64,000 nt of DNA, taken from contig CAVQMM010000001.1 in assembly GCA_963713615.1 (NCBI GenBank), forward strand, positions 1,824,001 through 1,888,000. Reading direction: 5' to 3'. Positions 30,626-40,124 of this stretch are shown here, one piece after another. A program made the position numbers and the translations under genes. The DNA comes from an uncultured Chlamydiae bacterium (lineage in GTDB: Bacteria; Chlamydiota; Chlamydiia; Chlamydiales; JAJFMA01). How positions within the stretch are numbered: the stretch's first letter is position 1; each line of letters starts with the position of its first letter. Under the pieces are notes generated by a model, which had not been told where the DNA came from, made no database searches, and saw only the letters and a program-made list of their open reading frames with translations.

Positions 30626-30760
30626 CTATCCGCCTCTAGGAGTATCAGGTGTCTCAGGTGTGGCATTCTTGTCAGGAGTCGCTGGCGTAGTATTTGGGTT
30701 ATGGCAAGCAGCTAACACTAGCGCTAGACATGGTAAAAGCAGCAAAAATTTGAACTTCAT
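30626..30760 (-). CDS. 44-aa lipoprotein MKFKFLLLLPCLALVLAACHNPNTTPATPDKNATPETPDTPRGG
   Basis: GAGGTG RBS; n/h regions with LAAC lipobox; missed by ORF track (<60 aa). Confidence 0.7.
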   Translation of the reverse strand: MKFKFLLLLPCLALVLAACHNPNTTPATPDKNATPETPDTPRGG

Positions 30761-30892
30761 GACACCACCTCGTGGTTAGGTTTAGCAATGGAAACTCTAC
30801 CTAATCCGGATACTAGCACCACCCTCTAATATGCTGCTAGTAGCATGTTATGTACTTAAATGCCTATGTGTTGCGCTACGCGAGGCGGAGAG

Positions 30893-31095
30893 GGAGGGGG
30901 AAGTGGAGGGGGAAGTGGAGGGGGAAGTGGAGGGGGAAGCGGAGGGGGAAGCGGAGGGGGGGAGGGGGGAGGGGGGGAAAGAGGCGGCTATGAGGGGGGT
31001 ATACGAATTAAGGAGAGGATTAGGAATTAGGAATTTTTACCACAGAGAGCGCAGAGACGCCGAGATAGGAGAGAGAGGAAAGGAAGGAAAGGGTT
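30893..31095. repeat. Left arm of GxxExxY cassette: 5 x GGAGGGGGAAG(T/C) plus IR core
   Basis: Core TAGGAATTAGGAATTTTTACCACAGAGAGCGCAGAGACGCCGAGATAGGAGAGAGAGG (31021-31078). Confidence 0.9.
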
Positions 31096-31143
31096 GATTT
31101 TTTCTTTAAATCGAGTTTAAATTTTGAAAAAAAATTAAAGAGT

Positions 31144-31536
31144 ATGGCTGTGGATAGTTCTTCAGAAGATGTTATCACCGGAAAGATTATTGGCGCTGCC
31201 ATTGAGGTACATCGTCATTTGGGCCCGGGCTTGCTCGAATCTTCATATAAAGCATGTTTAATATCCGAGCTGACCCAGCTCCAACTAAAAATCGAGCAGG
31301 AAAAGGCCCTTCCAATATGCTACAAGGGACTCAACCTTGCTTCCGGCTACAAATTGGATCTTTTGGTTGAAGAACAGGTCATCGTTGAGCTCAAAGCAGT
31401 CAGCGAAATAGCCGCTATCCACAAGGCACAGTTATTGACCTATCTGAAGCTGGCCGGATGCCGAGTTGGCTTACTAATCAACTTTAACGCTCTTGTTCTT
31501 AAGGACGGTATATGCCGTCTAGTCAACTTCTATTGA
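31144..31536 (+). CDS. GxxExxY protein (PD-(D/E)XK nuclease superfamily)
   Basis: EVHRHLGPGLLESSY, LDLLVE, IVELKAV, AQLLTYLK, GLLINF. Confidence 0.93.
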   Translation: MAVDSSSEDVITGKIIGAAIEVHRHLGPGLLESSYKACLISELTQLQLKIEQEKALPICYKGLNLASGYKLDLLVEEQVIVELKAVSEIAAIHKAQLLTYLKLAGCRVGLLINFNALVLKDGICRLVNFY

Positions 31537-31542
31537 GATAGA

Positions 31543-31712
31543 CCCCTCTTCCTATTCCCTCTCTCTTCCTATTCCCTCTCTCTTTCCTATCTCGGCGTCT
31601 CTGCGCTCTCTGTGGTAAAATCCTAATTCCTATATCCCTGATCATCCTTAATCTTCACACTCCCCGCCCCTCTCCCATCCCTCTCCCATCCCTCTCCCAT
31701 CCCTCTCCCCCC
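31543..31712. repeat. Right arm of GxxExxY cassette: inverted IR core plus (CCCTCTCCCAT)n
   Basis: CCTATCTCGGCGTCTCTGCGCTCTCTGTGGTAAAATCCTAATTCCTA (ends 31632); 11-bp pyrimidine repeats 31668-31710. Confidence 0.9.
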
Positions 31713-31777
31713 TATAGACTTAAAGCGTCCAATATCATAAACTTACTCTTCCATAATCATCTTTCATAAGCGTTGGT

Positions 31778-34700
31778 ATGAGCATGTTTGAAGAACAACA
31801 AAATGAAACTTTTCCATCTCGCGAAGAACGTATCTTGCAGTTCTGGCACGAGAACCGTATTTTCGAGCGTTCGATAGAACAAAGGGCCGATAAGTCTCTA
31901 TTTTCTTTTTATGATGGTCCACCCTTTGCTACGGGTTTACCGCACTATGGGCACTTTTTAGCCGGTACCATTAAGGATGTTGTCCCTCGCTATAAAACAA
32001 TGAAGGGTTTTTGTGTTCCTCGTCGCTTTGGATGGGACTGCCACGGCCTTCCCATTGAAAGTGAGATTGAAAAGAAGTTCAGCCTATCCGGTGCCGATTC
32101 TATCGAAAAATTTGGTGTCGCCAACTTTAACGAAGAATGCCGTGCCATCGTGCTACGCTATACGGCGGAATGGAAGACAGCTGTTGAGAGAATGGGACGA
32201 TGGGTCGACTTTGGCAATGTGTACAGAACGATGGATCCCACCTTCATGGAATCGGTATGGTGGGCTTTCAAGCAGCTGTATGAAAAAGGTCTGGTTTACG
32301 AAGGCTATAAGGTGATGCCCTTTTCGGCAAAGCTAGGAACACCTTTATCCAATTTCGAAGCAGGAGAAAATTACAAAGAGGTCGACGATCCTGCTATTAC
32401 AATCGCCTTTCAGTTGCTTGATGATTCGTCCACATACCTACTGGCTTGGACCACAACGCCATGGACATTGCCGTCAAATTTGGCTCTTTTGGTTGCTCCT
32501 GAGCTCGATTATGTTAAAATTCACGACAAAAAAGAAGACAAGAACTATATCCTAGGCCGTAATCGGTTGACGATTTACTATCCAGACCCATCGACCTATA
32601 CCGAATTGGAATCCTATACAGGTAAGGATCTATTCGACCTGCATTACCGCCCGCTTTTTGACTATTTTGCAGATCGAGGAAATCAAGGAGCCTTTAGAGT
32701 GATCGCTGAGGCCTCCGTGTCTGCTGAAGAGGGTACTGGGATCCTCCATGGAGCCCCAGCTTTCGGTGAGGTAGACTTCTATGCATGCCGCGCTGCAGGA
32801 ATTGATCTGGTCTGCCCCGTGGATAGCAACGGACGCTTCACTGCTGAGATACCGGAGTACCAGGGATTATTTGTCAAAGATGCAGACAAAGACATTATCA
32901 AGCGCTTAAAAGCAGCAGGCAGCTTAGTACGCCAAGAGTCTATTCGCCACCGGTATCCTTTTTGTCCTCGGTCGGACACGCCCTTGATCTACAAGGCAGT
33001 GAGCAGTTGGTTTGTGGCTGTCGAGAAAATAAAAGGCCGCATGGTAGAGCTCAATGAGCAGATTCACTGGACGCCCGAACATATCAAACACAAACGCTTT
33101 GGCAATTGGTTGGCGGGTGCCCGTGATTGGGCAATCAGTCGCAACCGCTACTGGGGCACACCTATCCCTCTATGGAGGGCTGACGATGGCGAAATCCTTG
33201 TCATCGGCAGTGTCGCTGAGTTGCAGGAGTACTCTGGAGTCCAGGCGACAGATCTTCATCGCCATTTCATCGATGATATCGTTATTCAAAAGGATGGAAA
33301 AACTTTCCGACGCGTCTTCGAAGTCTTCGACTGCTGGTTTGAGTCGGGTTCCATGCCCTATGCGCAAAATCACTATCCTTTTGAAAACCGCGAACGCTTC
33401 CTAAATGCCTTTCCAGCGGATTTCATCGCTGAAGGCCTGGATCAGACACGAGCCTGGTTCTATACTCTGATGGTATTGTCAACCATACTTTTCGACAAAC
33501 CTGCATTCAAGAATGTGATTGTGAATGGAATCATCTTAGCTGCCGATGGTGCTAAGATGTCTAAACGGCTTCGCAACTATCCTGATCCCGCACTGGTCAT
33601 TGGTAAATATGGAGCGGATGCTATCCGCCTTTATATGCTTCACAGCCCTGCTGTAAAGGCCCAAGACCTTTCTTTTTCCGAGAAAGGTGTTGAACATGTA
33701 TTGCGAGTGATCCTGATCCCTTGGTGGAATGCCTATAGCTTCTTTATGACCTATTCTCGTCTGTATGAATGGCGTCCGCCTGCACAGGAGATCAAGGTCG
33801 AGAAGGAAATTGACCGCTGGATGCTCTCAGTGCTCAATAAGCTAGTCCATGAGATCGAGCTAGGCATGGATGATTATGATCTTAGTCGAGCCGTAGAGCC
33901 TTTGGTGGGTTTCATCGACCAGCTAACTAATTGGTACATCAGGCGCTCCAGACGTCGTTTTTGGAGCGACGAGGCATCCCCAGACCGTGATCAAGCCTTC
34001 GCCACGCTGTATCAAGTGTTATTAGTTTTAAGTAAATTAGCGGCTCCTTTTGTGCCTTTCATCAGCGATGCTATCTATCGCAACCTTCGGGATCCCAACA
34101 CTCCCGAGTCGGTACATCTGTGCGACTATCCTATCTACCATGCAGATACGCGTGATGTAGCACTAGAAGTGGCCATGGAGGCGGTGCAAAAGAGCGTCAG
34201 TTTAGGCCATGCCCTGCGCAAAGAGCGTAGCCTAAAGGTTCGCCAACCATTGCCCGCGGCTCATGTGGCATGTAGTGATCCGGCTATCTTAACGGCTTTG
34301 CAATCGCATGCACAGCTGATTGCCGATGAGCTCAACGTAAAAGATGTTCTTTTTAGCCAGGATGAAGAGCAATTTGTCAGGCTGAAGGCCAAGCCTAACT
34401 TCCGTGTCTTAGGCAAGAAGGTCGGCCCCCTTATGCCTGCCGCTAAAGAAGCTATTGCTAAATTTAACCGGCAACAGCTTACGCATCTTCTAGAGGGACG
34501 AAACGTCCCGCTAGAATTGAACGGAACCACCATCGACATCACTCCAGAAGACGTTGAAGTGGAACGCGAGGTGCGTGAAGGTCGTGTTGCAGCTAACGAT
34601 GGGGTCATCACCATAGCCCTAGATACCACGCTAAATGACGAACTGATCATGGAAGGACTGGCTCGCGAGATCGTCAATAAGGTAAATACGATGCGACGAG

Positions 34701-34903
34701 AAGCGGGATTGGCTGTTAGCGATCGCATTTCGTTGAAAGTCGATAGCACAGCCTCCGTCGTGAAGTGTTTTGAAGTTCATGGCAACTTCATTCAAGGCGA
34801 GGTTTTAGCGGTGGATGTCGTATTCGACAAATGCGAAGGTACCGTCTGGGATCTCAATGGAGAAGCAGCCACCATAGCATTGACTAAGGTGACAACAAAA
34901 TGA
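31778..34903 (+). CDS. ileS: Isoleucine-tRNA ligase (type 2)
   Basis: DGPPFATGLPHYGH, GWDCHGLP, WTTTPWTLP, KMSKR. Confidence 0.98.
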   Translation: MSMFEEQQNETFPSREERILQFWHENRIFERSIEQRADKSLFSFYDGPPFATGLPHYGHFLAGTIKDVVPRYKTMKGFCVPRRFGWDCHGLPIESEIEKKFSLSGADSIEKFGVANFNEECRAIVLRYTAEWKTAVERMGRWVDFGNVYRTMDPTFMESVWWAFKQLYEKGLVYEGYKVMPFSAKLGTPLSNFEAGENYKEVDDPAITIAFQLLDDSSTYLLAWTTTPWTLPSNLALLVAPELDYVKIHDKKEDKNYILGRNRLTIYYPDPSTYTELESYTGKDLFDLHYRPLFDYFADRGNQGAFRVIAEASVSAEEGTGILHGAPAFGEVDFYACRAAGIDLVCPVDSNGRFTAEIPEYQGLFVKDADKDIIKRLKAAGSLVRQESIRHRYPFCPRSDTPLIYKAVSSWFVAVEKIKGRMVELNEQIHWTPEHIKHKRFGNWLAGARDWAISRNRYWGTPIPLWRADDGEILVIGSVAELQEYSGVQATDLHRHFIDDIVIQKDGKTFRRVFEVFDCWFESGSMPYAQNHYPFENRERFLNAFPADFIAEGLDQTRAWFYTLMVLSTILFDKPAFKNVIVNGIILAADGAKMSKRLRNYPDPALVIGKYGADAIRLYMLHSPAVKAQDLSFSEKGVEHVLRVILIPWWNAYSFFMTYSRLYEWRPPAQEIKVEKEIDRWMLSVLNKLVHEIELGMDDYDLSRAVEPLVGFIDQLTNWYIRRSRRRFWSDEASPDRDQAFATLYQVLLVLSKLAAPFVPFISDAIYRNLRDPNTPESVHLCDYPIYHADTRDVALEVAMEAVQKSVSLGHALRKERSLKVRQPLPAAHVACSDPAILTALQSHAQLIADELNVKDVLFSQDEEQFVRLKAKPNFRVLGKKVGPLMPAAKEAIAKFNRQQLTHLLEGRNVPLELNGTTIDITPEDVEVEREVREGRVAANDGVITIALDTTLNDELIMEGLAREIVNKVNTMRREAGLAVSDRISLKVDSTASVVKCFEVHGNFIQGEVLAVDVVFDKCEGTVWDLNGEAATIALTKVTTK

Positions 34904-35562
34904 CGTTAGGCGGTTTCCATGGTGCAATTTTCGATATGGATGGTGTTCTGATAGACACCCTGGCTATTCATGAGCGCAGCTGGTTTGCTGTAGGAAAAGA
35001 ACGAGGGCTCTACATAGACCACGACCTGTTTCAGCAAGGCAATGGCCTCACCAGTGTCGCACACGCCACACGCGTTTTAAAATGGACATCATCCCTAGAA
35101 GAAGCACAAGAAATTGCTAACGCCAAAGAAGCTGCTTATGTCCAATTTATTAGCAAAGAAGGAGTAGCGCCTATACCTGGTGTGATTGCATTTCTGTCAA
35201 GGCTGCGTGAGCTAGGAATTCCGTGTGCCGTAGGCACATCGGCTCCACGCAGCAATTTGGACCGTGCTCTTAAGGCTACCGGATTAGAGGGCTTCTTTAG
35301 CGCTTTTATTACCTCGGAAAATGTTAAAGAGGGTAAGCCAGATCCCGAAGTTTTCTTGAAAGCAGCTCAAGAGCTCCAGATACCACCAATCCAATGTGTT
35401 GTATTCGAGGATGCCGCTAATGGTGTGACGGCGGCAAAAAGAGCAGGAATGGGCGTGATTGCTCTAACGACAACGCATCCCCGTGACGAACTACTAGGCG
35501 CTGATCTTATTGTAGATGGCTTTGCAGAACTAGATCCGCAGGTGTTATTCAAAGGACTTTAA
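34900..35562 (+). CDS. HAD-superfamily phosphatase (beta-PGM-like)
   Basis: FDMDGVL, GKPDPEVF, FEDA. Confidence 0.9.
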   Translation: MTLGGFHGAIFDMDGVLIDTLAIHERSWFAVGKERGLYIDHDLFQQGNGLTSVAHATRVLKWTSSLEEAQEIANAKEAAYVQFISKEGVAPIPGVIAFLSRLRELGIPCAVGTSAPRSNLDRALKATGLEGFFSAFITSENVKEGKPDPEVFLKAAQELQIPPIQCVVFEDAANGVTAAKRAGMGVIALTTTHPRDELLGADLIVDGFAELDPQVLFKGL

Positions 35563-35796
35563 CAATCGTGTCTCGGCGCGCAGCGCTTTGGAGTGCGCGT
35601 CGCTCGCGACCGCTTTGGATTTGGGCGAAGTTGGCATTGCAAGAAACGTAACCCTTCTCTCTAGGGGTAACTGTGGGGGGGGGGGCAGCCTCCGTAGAAC
35701 GGTGCGCGATTCAATAGGCTCGCCCAAATCCAAAGCGGTCGCGAGCGACACGCACTCCAAAGCGCTGCGCGCCGAGGCACGATTGTGAGGGCTTTT
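35562..35796. repeat. REP-doublet element copy 4 (spacer type A, G11), between convergent genes
   Basis: Near-identical to 13261-13496; reverse orientation relative to 5425-5690. Confidence 0.9.
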
Positions 35797-35801
35797 ACCT
35801 C

Positions 35802-37781
35802 TTAGCGCCCTTTCTTGTGGGGATAAAGATATGCTTGAAGTCTTAGCGCTAGAGGAGCTAGGCTACTTTTAGCCTGCGTAAAATCTGCCCTTTGAAATAT
35901 TCTACGACGCGATCGTAACCAGTAAATTCCATAGCTTCCTGCAGCAATCAACCAAAAGAATCCCCATACGAAAACGCGTGGCAGCGTAGCCCATGGCACG
36001 GCAGGCTGCTGAGGAGCTCCCCAACGCTGTCCAGGTGGCCACAGAATATAGCTAGGAGCCCCCAGAAGATTTTTTTCAGGCACAAAACCAAAATAGCGAC
36101 TATCCACACTGCGAGCGTGGTTGTCACCCAAAACCAGATATTGCCCCTCGGGAACGTGGAGACCAAAGCTACGCACAAAACGTCTGTCAAGGCGCCCATC
36201 ATGAACTGGCGCCCCTCTATCTAAAAATGCAACATAAGGTCGCCTACGCGATGACATCCGCTGACGTTCCAGTTCATGTTGCACGTAATACTGCATCGTA
36301 GGCTCATCTTTGAGGATGATGGGTGCTCCGAGAACATACAGATCACCATCACGGAAGTAAGCATAGCGCGAAGGAAAATCGACTTGGTTTGCTTTAGTAG
36401 GTGCAAAATCGGCATCGAATTCGATTCCCAGATTGAATAGACGCTGAATATTACTGCTAACCTTGCGGTAGAGGGGATGTGCCCGATCCAGCTCGCTAAG
36501 GGAGCCGGACCAGTCAACGCTATACGCTTTACCATTATAATACTCATAGACGCCATTAGGAACCTTGGTAAACATAGGACTCCCGGGACCCAATGAGCCT
36601 CCTGCAATGCCATAGAGACCCGCTCGCCCATCTTGTACGATAAAGCGACTGGTATAGATGTTATCCATCAAACGCACGAGATGCTTATCCTGCAATGGAA
36701 TGACAGTAACGTGTGGAGAAAGAAGGAGACGAATGCGTCCATCAGGACCTTCTTGAAAACGAGGCTTAGGCGAAGTCAAACTTGGCGAGTGGCGCAGCTC
36801 GAGGTACAGAGGAGCCTCTTCCAACGTATTCGGCTCTATATCGGCAAGCTGGCGTACCTGGTCCTTAGTAAGGATGCGAGCCATCGCATAATTTCGCATT
36901 CCCCAGAAATCTGTATAGGTTTCAATGCCATCATGCTGAATACGCTGTGCTAAGGGGTTATCTTCAATCCATTCTCCCTGGTCATTGACATCACCTTCCA
37001 AAACACCATATCCTGCGAGAGTAAGCCGGCCAATTGGCTTGCCCATCTGATTCAGAAAGATCTGATGAACGAGGTTACTGCCCTCCGCTGTCGATGTGGT
37101 GATACGTCCCTCGAATCCACTAAATGGTACATACTCCAATTGCTGCATCCATGGTGTCTCAAAATCCCCAGAAATATCGCGTCCATCTTTATCGAAACCA
37201 AAAACCTTACCCCCATAGAAATACAAGGTATCACCAGGCTTTCCGATGACACGTTTAATGTATCGTGAGGAGGAATCGGGTAGATCTAAACCATCCCCAG
37301 ACCAGACAATCACCCCCGTTCGCATGACTAGCTTGGGATCAAAATAGAGGTGCTTAGTCTGGAACGGCCAGTTCAGACCAAAGGCTGTCTTGGTCAAAAG
37401 AAAATGGTCTCCCTCTCGAAACGTGGGACGCATCGATCCCGTGGGAATCTGATATAGCTCCAGCCACGACTGACGCATAACAAGGACAGCTAGGGCAAGG
37501 ATGGCAATACCCAAGAGGGTCTTGGTGGCGGTTATCCATACCGAGCGCCGCAAAACCTGCGGAAAATGTTCCTTAAGGTAACTAACGAGATGATGAGCTT
37601 CTGCCCTTTGTGCTTGGTCGATGGCTGCTTCGAGGTTCTCAAGACAGTCCTCCAGGTCGTTTAACTGCTCAGGCGAAAGGGTGTGCCCATGACGACGATA
37701 CCATGCGCTAGCGCGGCGCAGATAGCGACGCGATAACCCGATACGAAGGGGTCTAGACAGTGTCGACGAATTAAACTCCAT
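35802..37781 (-). CDS. lepB: Signal peptidase I, long chlamydial type
   Basis: IPTGSMRPT (Ser), YIKRVIG (Lys), GDNHARSVDSR; start uncertain (37781 or 37820). Confidence 0.9.
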   Translation of the reverse strand: MEFNSSTLSRPLRIGLSRRYLRRASAWYRRHGHTLSPEQLNDLEDCLENLEAAIDQAQRAEAHHLVSYLKEHFPQVLRRSVWITATKTLLGIAILALAVLVMRQSWLELYQIPTGSMRPTFREGDHFLLTKTAFGLNWPFQTKHLYFDPKLVMRTGVIVWSGDGLDLPDSSSRYIKRVIGKPGDTLYFYGGKVFGFDKDGRDISGDFETPWMQQLEYVPFSGFEGRITTSTAEGSNLVHQIFLNQMGKPIGRLTLAGYGVLEGDVNDQGEWIEDNPLAQRIQHDGIETYTDFWGMRNYAMARILTKDQVRQLADIEPNTLEEAPLYLELRHSPSLTSPKPRFQEGPDGRIRLLLSPHVTVIPLQDKHLVRLMDNIYTSRFIVQDGRAGLYGIAGGSLGPGSPMFTKVPNGVYEYYNGKAYSVDWSGSLSELDRAHPLYRKVSSNIQRLFNLGIEFDADFAPTKANQVDFPSRYAYFRDGDLYVLGAPIILKDEPTMQYYVQHELERQRMSSRRRPYVAFLDRGAPVHDGRLDRRFVRSFGLHVPEGQYLVLGDNHARSVDSRYFGFVPEKNLLGAPSYILWPPGQRWGAPQQPAVPWATLPRVFVWGFFWLIAAGSYGIYWLRSRRRIFQRADFTQAKSSLAPLALRLQAYLYPHKKGR

Positions 37782-37838
37782 AGATTTGCGTAAAGTATCT
37801 CGTCTGGCACGAAAATTCAAGAGATATATAGCGTCGTG

Positions 37839-38879
37839 TCATCCAGCAGGCTCAAACCGTATGGGATCGGATGTCTCTGCACCTGAATTGGGATGCTTCC
37901 AGGATTGTATTGCAAAGCGGTATGCCTTTCCAGGTGTCAATTTATCGGCTAGCACTCTTCCTGGGACTTCGAAAAACAACGTGTCATTTTCTTCTGTTGG
38001 ACGGACTGAAAAGGGTAAGGGCGTTATTTTTTTCTCGGCACCAGCTTCAATAGCTACAAGGGTAAAATCGGAATAATAGGGTCTGGTCTTTAGCCAAAGA
38101 TGCAAATTGCCCCGCTCAAACCGTCCGTTGTTCGTGAAGGCTAAGGGCCTGCGAGGCATAGGAGGTGCAGGAGATCGAAGAGCAGTTCCAGAGTCGATAA
38201 TACGCATTTTGGCTTTACCAACTACCCCACTGACCTGCATCCAATAGGGGAAATAGGAAGGGTACCTTCCCTCCTCCGTTGGCAAATAGATCTCTAACTG
38301 CTTACCGGCCAATTCACCACCATCATTAGGCCAATAGGTTCGCCAAGCTCTAAAAGAGGCATGGGGAACTGTCTGACCATCGACAACTAAACTTGGCTGC
38401 CATACCCCACGACGGTCTGCATGTCCATCATTTGGAGCTCGGCCGATGCGGCGGCGTGATTGCTCAGGCATTAGGGTCAATGGCAGGTTAACGAGAGTCC
38501 CCAGAAAGCTATCTGCGCTGGGAAGATCACACCAGCTGTTCTTGGTATAGGAAAAGGTCTCTAGAAGACGGCCACTCTGGGGTTCCAGTTCATAGGCTAC
38601 CCAGCCGGTATGCCCTGGGGCTCCCTGCATCACCCAGTCACGCCAAGAAGGCATATCAGGTGGAAAACGCCCCTCTGGAACAGTGATCTCTTGAATGAGA
38701 ATGGTCTGCGGAGTCTTATCGGCAATCAGAAGAAGAGTGTAGGTGCGATTCTGCCCCGTCACGATGAAGTCGCCAACATTAGCACGAGAAAGGTTGTCCC
38801 TGAGAAAAATCTGCTCACCGCTAAGACCAAAAACCGCGATTGTGAGTACCGAAATGAATAGGTTCCGTATGAGCTTCAT
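37839..38879 (-). CDS. Chlamydial conserved secreted protein (CT021-like)
   Basis: Signal peptide; GDFIV, YFPYW, IIDSG; position upstream of lepB. Confidence 0.65.
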   Translation of the reverse strand: MKLIRNLFISVLTIAVFGLSGEQIFLRDNLSRANVGDFIVTGQNRTYTLLLIADKTPQTILIQEITVPEGRFPPDMPSWRDWVMQGAPGHTGWVAYELEPQSGRLLETFSYTKNSWCDLPSADSFLGTLVNLPLTLMPEQSRRRIGRAPNDGHADRRGVWQPSLVVDGQTVPHASFRAWRTYWPNDGGELAGKQLEIYLPTEEGRYPSYFPYWMQVSGVVGKAKMRIIDSGTALRSPAPPMPRRPLAFTNNGRFERGNLHLWLKTRPYYSDFTLVAIEAGAEKKITPLPFSVRPTEENDTLFFEVPGRVLADKLTPGKAYRFAIQSWKHPNSGAETSDPIRFEPAG

Positions 38880-38950
38880 AGCTTCCTCCCTCAAGGTGTG
38901 CAATCCAAGAGTTTAGGTCTTTGAGGTTTATGGTGCCAGCCTTTTGTGAT

Positions 38951-39093
38951 GGGGAGAGGGGGAGAGAGGGGAAGGGAGGGGGAAGGAGGAGGATTAGGAA
39001 TAGGATTAGGAATTTTTACCACAGAGGACACAGAGACGCCGAGGTAGGAGAGAGAGGAGAGGAAAGAGGAATTTTTTGTCTTTTATTGAGTTA
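38951..39093. repeat. Left arm of second IR cassette: purine tract plus IR core
   Basis: AGGATTAGGAATTTTTACCACAGAGGACACAGAGACGCCGAGGTAGGAGAGAGAGGAGAGG... Confidence 0.9.
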
Positions 39094-39175
39094 AAGCCTG
39101 TAACCTCTTAATACCTCCTTAACTGATTGGCGGTATAGTATCGGTTAAATCGAACAGACAGAAGAGGGAGAGAAG

Positions 39176-39808
39176 ATGAACGTTATACAAAGTTGTTATA
39201 GATCCGTTTGTGACGCAGTAGTTCCAGAATCATTGAAGCCCAAATTTGGCATGGTTTCAGAGGCAGAAATCTCAGAAATTGCATACAAAGTTGCTCAACT
39301 AGATTCTTGGAAGACCCTAACAACAACAGTTAGCGTTGGATTGCTACCAAGCTGCGTCCCAAGTCCCTTCAATATTCTCAAGCCAGAGGAATTGACAAGC
39401 TTACCTGCACTGTTTAATCTGCGCCACCCCGTCGAAATTATCTTCTTTCCCCTGGCAATTGCAATGTTAACCCTAATGTCTGCCATCTTTGTACCTGTAT
39501 TGGCAATAAGTGGAACGATTAATGGCATGAATTTAGGTGAGAATCTTTCCGGAAAACTTCTTTGTGGCATTGCCTCAACCATTTGGGCTGTTGCTGCCGC
39601 AGGGGTCTTTGGAGCTGTGCTTTCCATCAGTCCAGGAAGTATGATAGTCATAACCTTAACCCTGTTTGTAGCATCGCGTGTTTTGAAACATATGCGAAAC
39701 AACGAGATCGCGAGCATTACAGAGCGAAATGGAGGCCGCGTACCCACTGCTGTGGTACAAGCCTGCCCAGACGCCATCCAATGGAATTCCTTGTACAAGA
39801 CGGCCTAA
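39176..39808 (+). CDS. Orphan membrane protein, Inc-like hydrophobic profile
   Basis: GGAG upstream; no signal peptide; central TM plus about 40-aa bilobed hydrophobic stretch. Confidence 0.6.
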   Translation: MNVIQSCYRSVCDAVVPESLKPKFGMVSEAEISEIAYKVAQLDSWKTLTTTVSVGLLPSCVPSPFNILKPEELTSLPALFNLRHPVEIIFFPLAIAMLTLMSAIFVPVLAISGTINGMNLGENLSGKLLCGIASTIWAVAAAGVFGAVLSISPGSMIVITLTLFVASRVLKHMRNNEIASITERNGGRVPTAVVQACPDAIQWNSLYKTA

Positions 39809-39824
39809 TCGCTACCTGGGTTTT

Positions 39825-39920
39825 AATGTCCATTTTGTCCATTAATGTCCATTTTCCATTAAGAACCAATGGACTATGGACAAAATGGACTTTATGGACA
39901 TTAATGGACCATATGGACAC
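39825..39920. repeat. Gene-less hairpin of GTCCAT/ATGGAC units
   Basis: AATGTCCATTTTGTCCATTAATGTCCATT...AATGGACTATGGACAAAATGGAC... Confidence 0.85.
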
Positions 39921-40088
39921 TAATTAAATAAAAAACAAAAAAATCCTATTTCTTCTCTCCTCTCTCTCCTAACTCGGCGTCTCTGTGTCCTCTGTGGTAA
40001 AATTCCTAATCCTCTTTTCCTCTCCCACTCCCCTCCCTTCCCTTCTCCCACTCCCCTCCCTTCCCTTCTCCCACTCCGCATCCTCCGC
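39921..40088. repeat. Right arm of second IR cassette: inverted core plus pyrimidine tract
   Basis: ...CCTAACTCGGCGTCTCTGTGTCCTCTGTGGTAAAATTCCTAATCCT (ends 40013) then CT-rich tandem duplication. Confidence 0.9.
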
Positions 40089-40124
40089 TTGCTCTTTCCC
40101 CTCGCATTATCTTATAAGCAGGTC

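Noticed and set aside
30831..31097. 88-aa ORF with EGEV repeats
   Set aside because: By-product of the 12-bp G-rich tandem repeat
39295..39798. 167-aa minus-strand ORF inside the cassette
   Set aside because: Antisense to the longer plus-strand ORF, which has an RBS and the same orientation relative to the arms as GxxExxY
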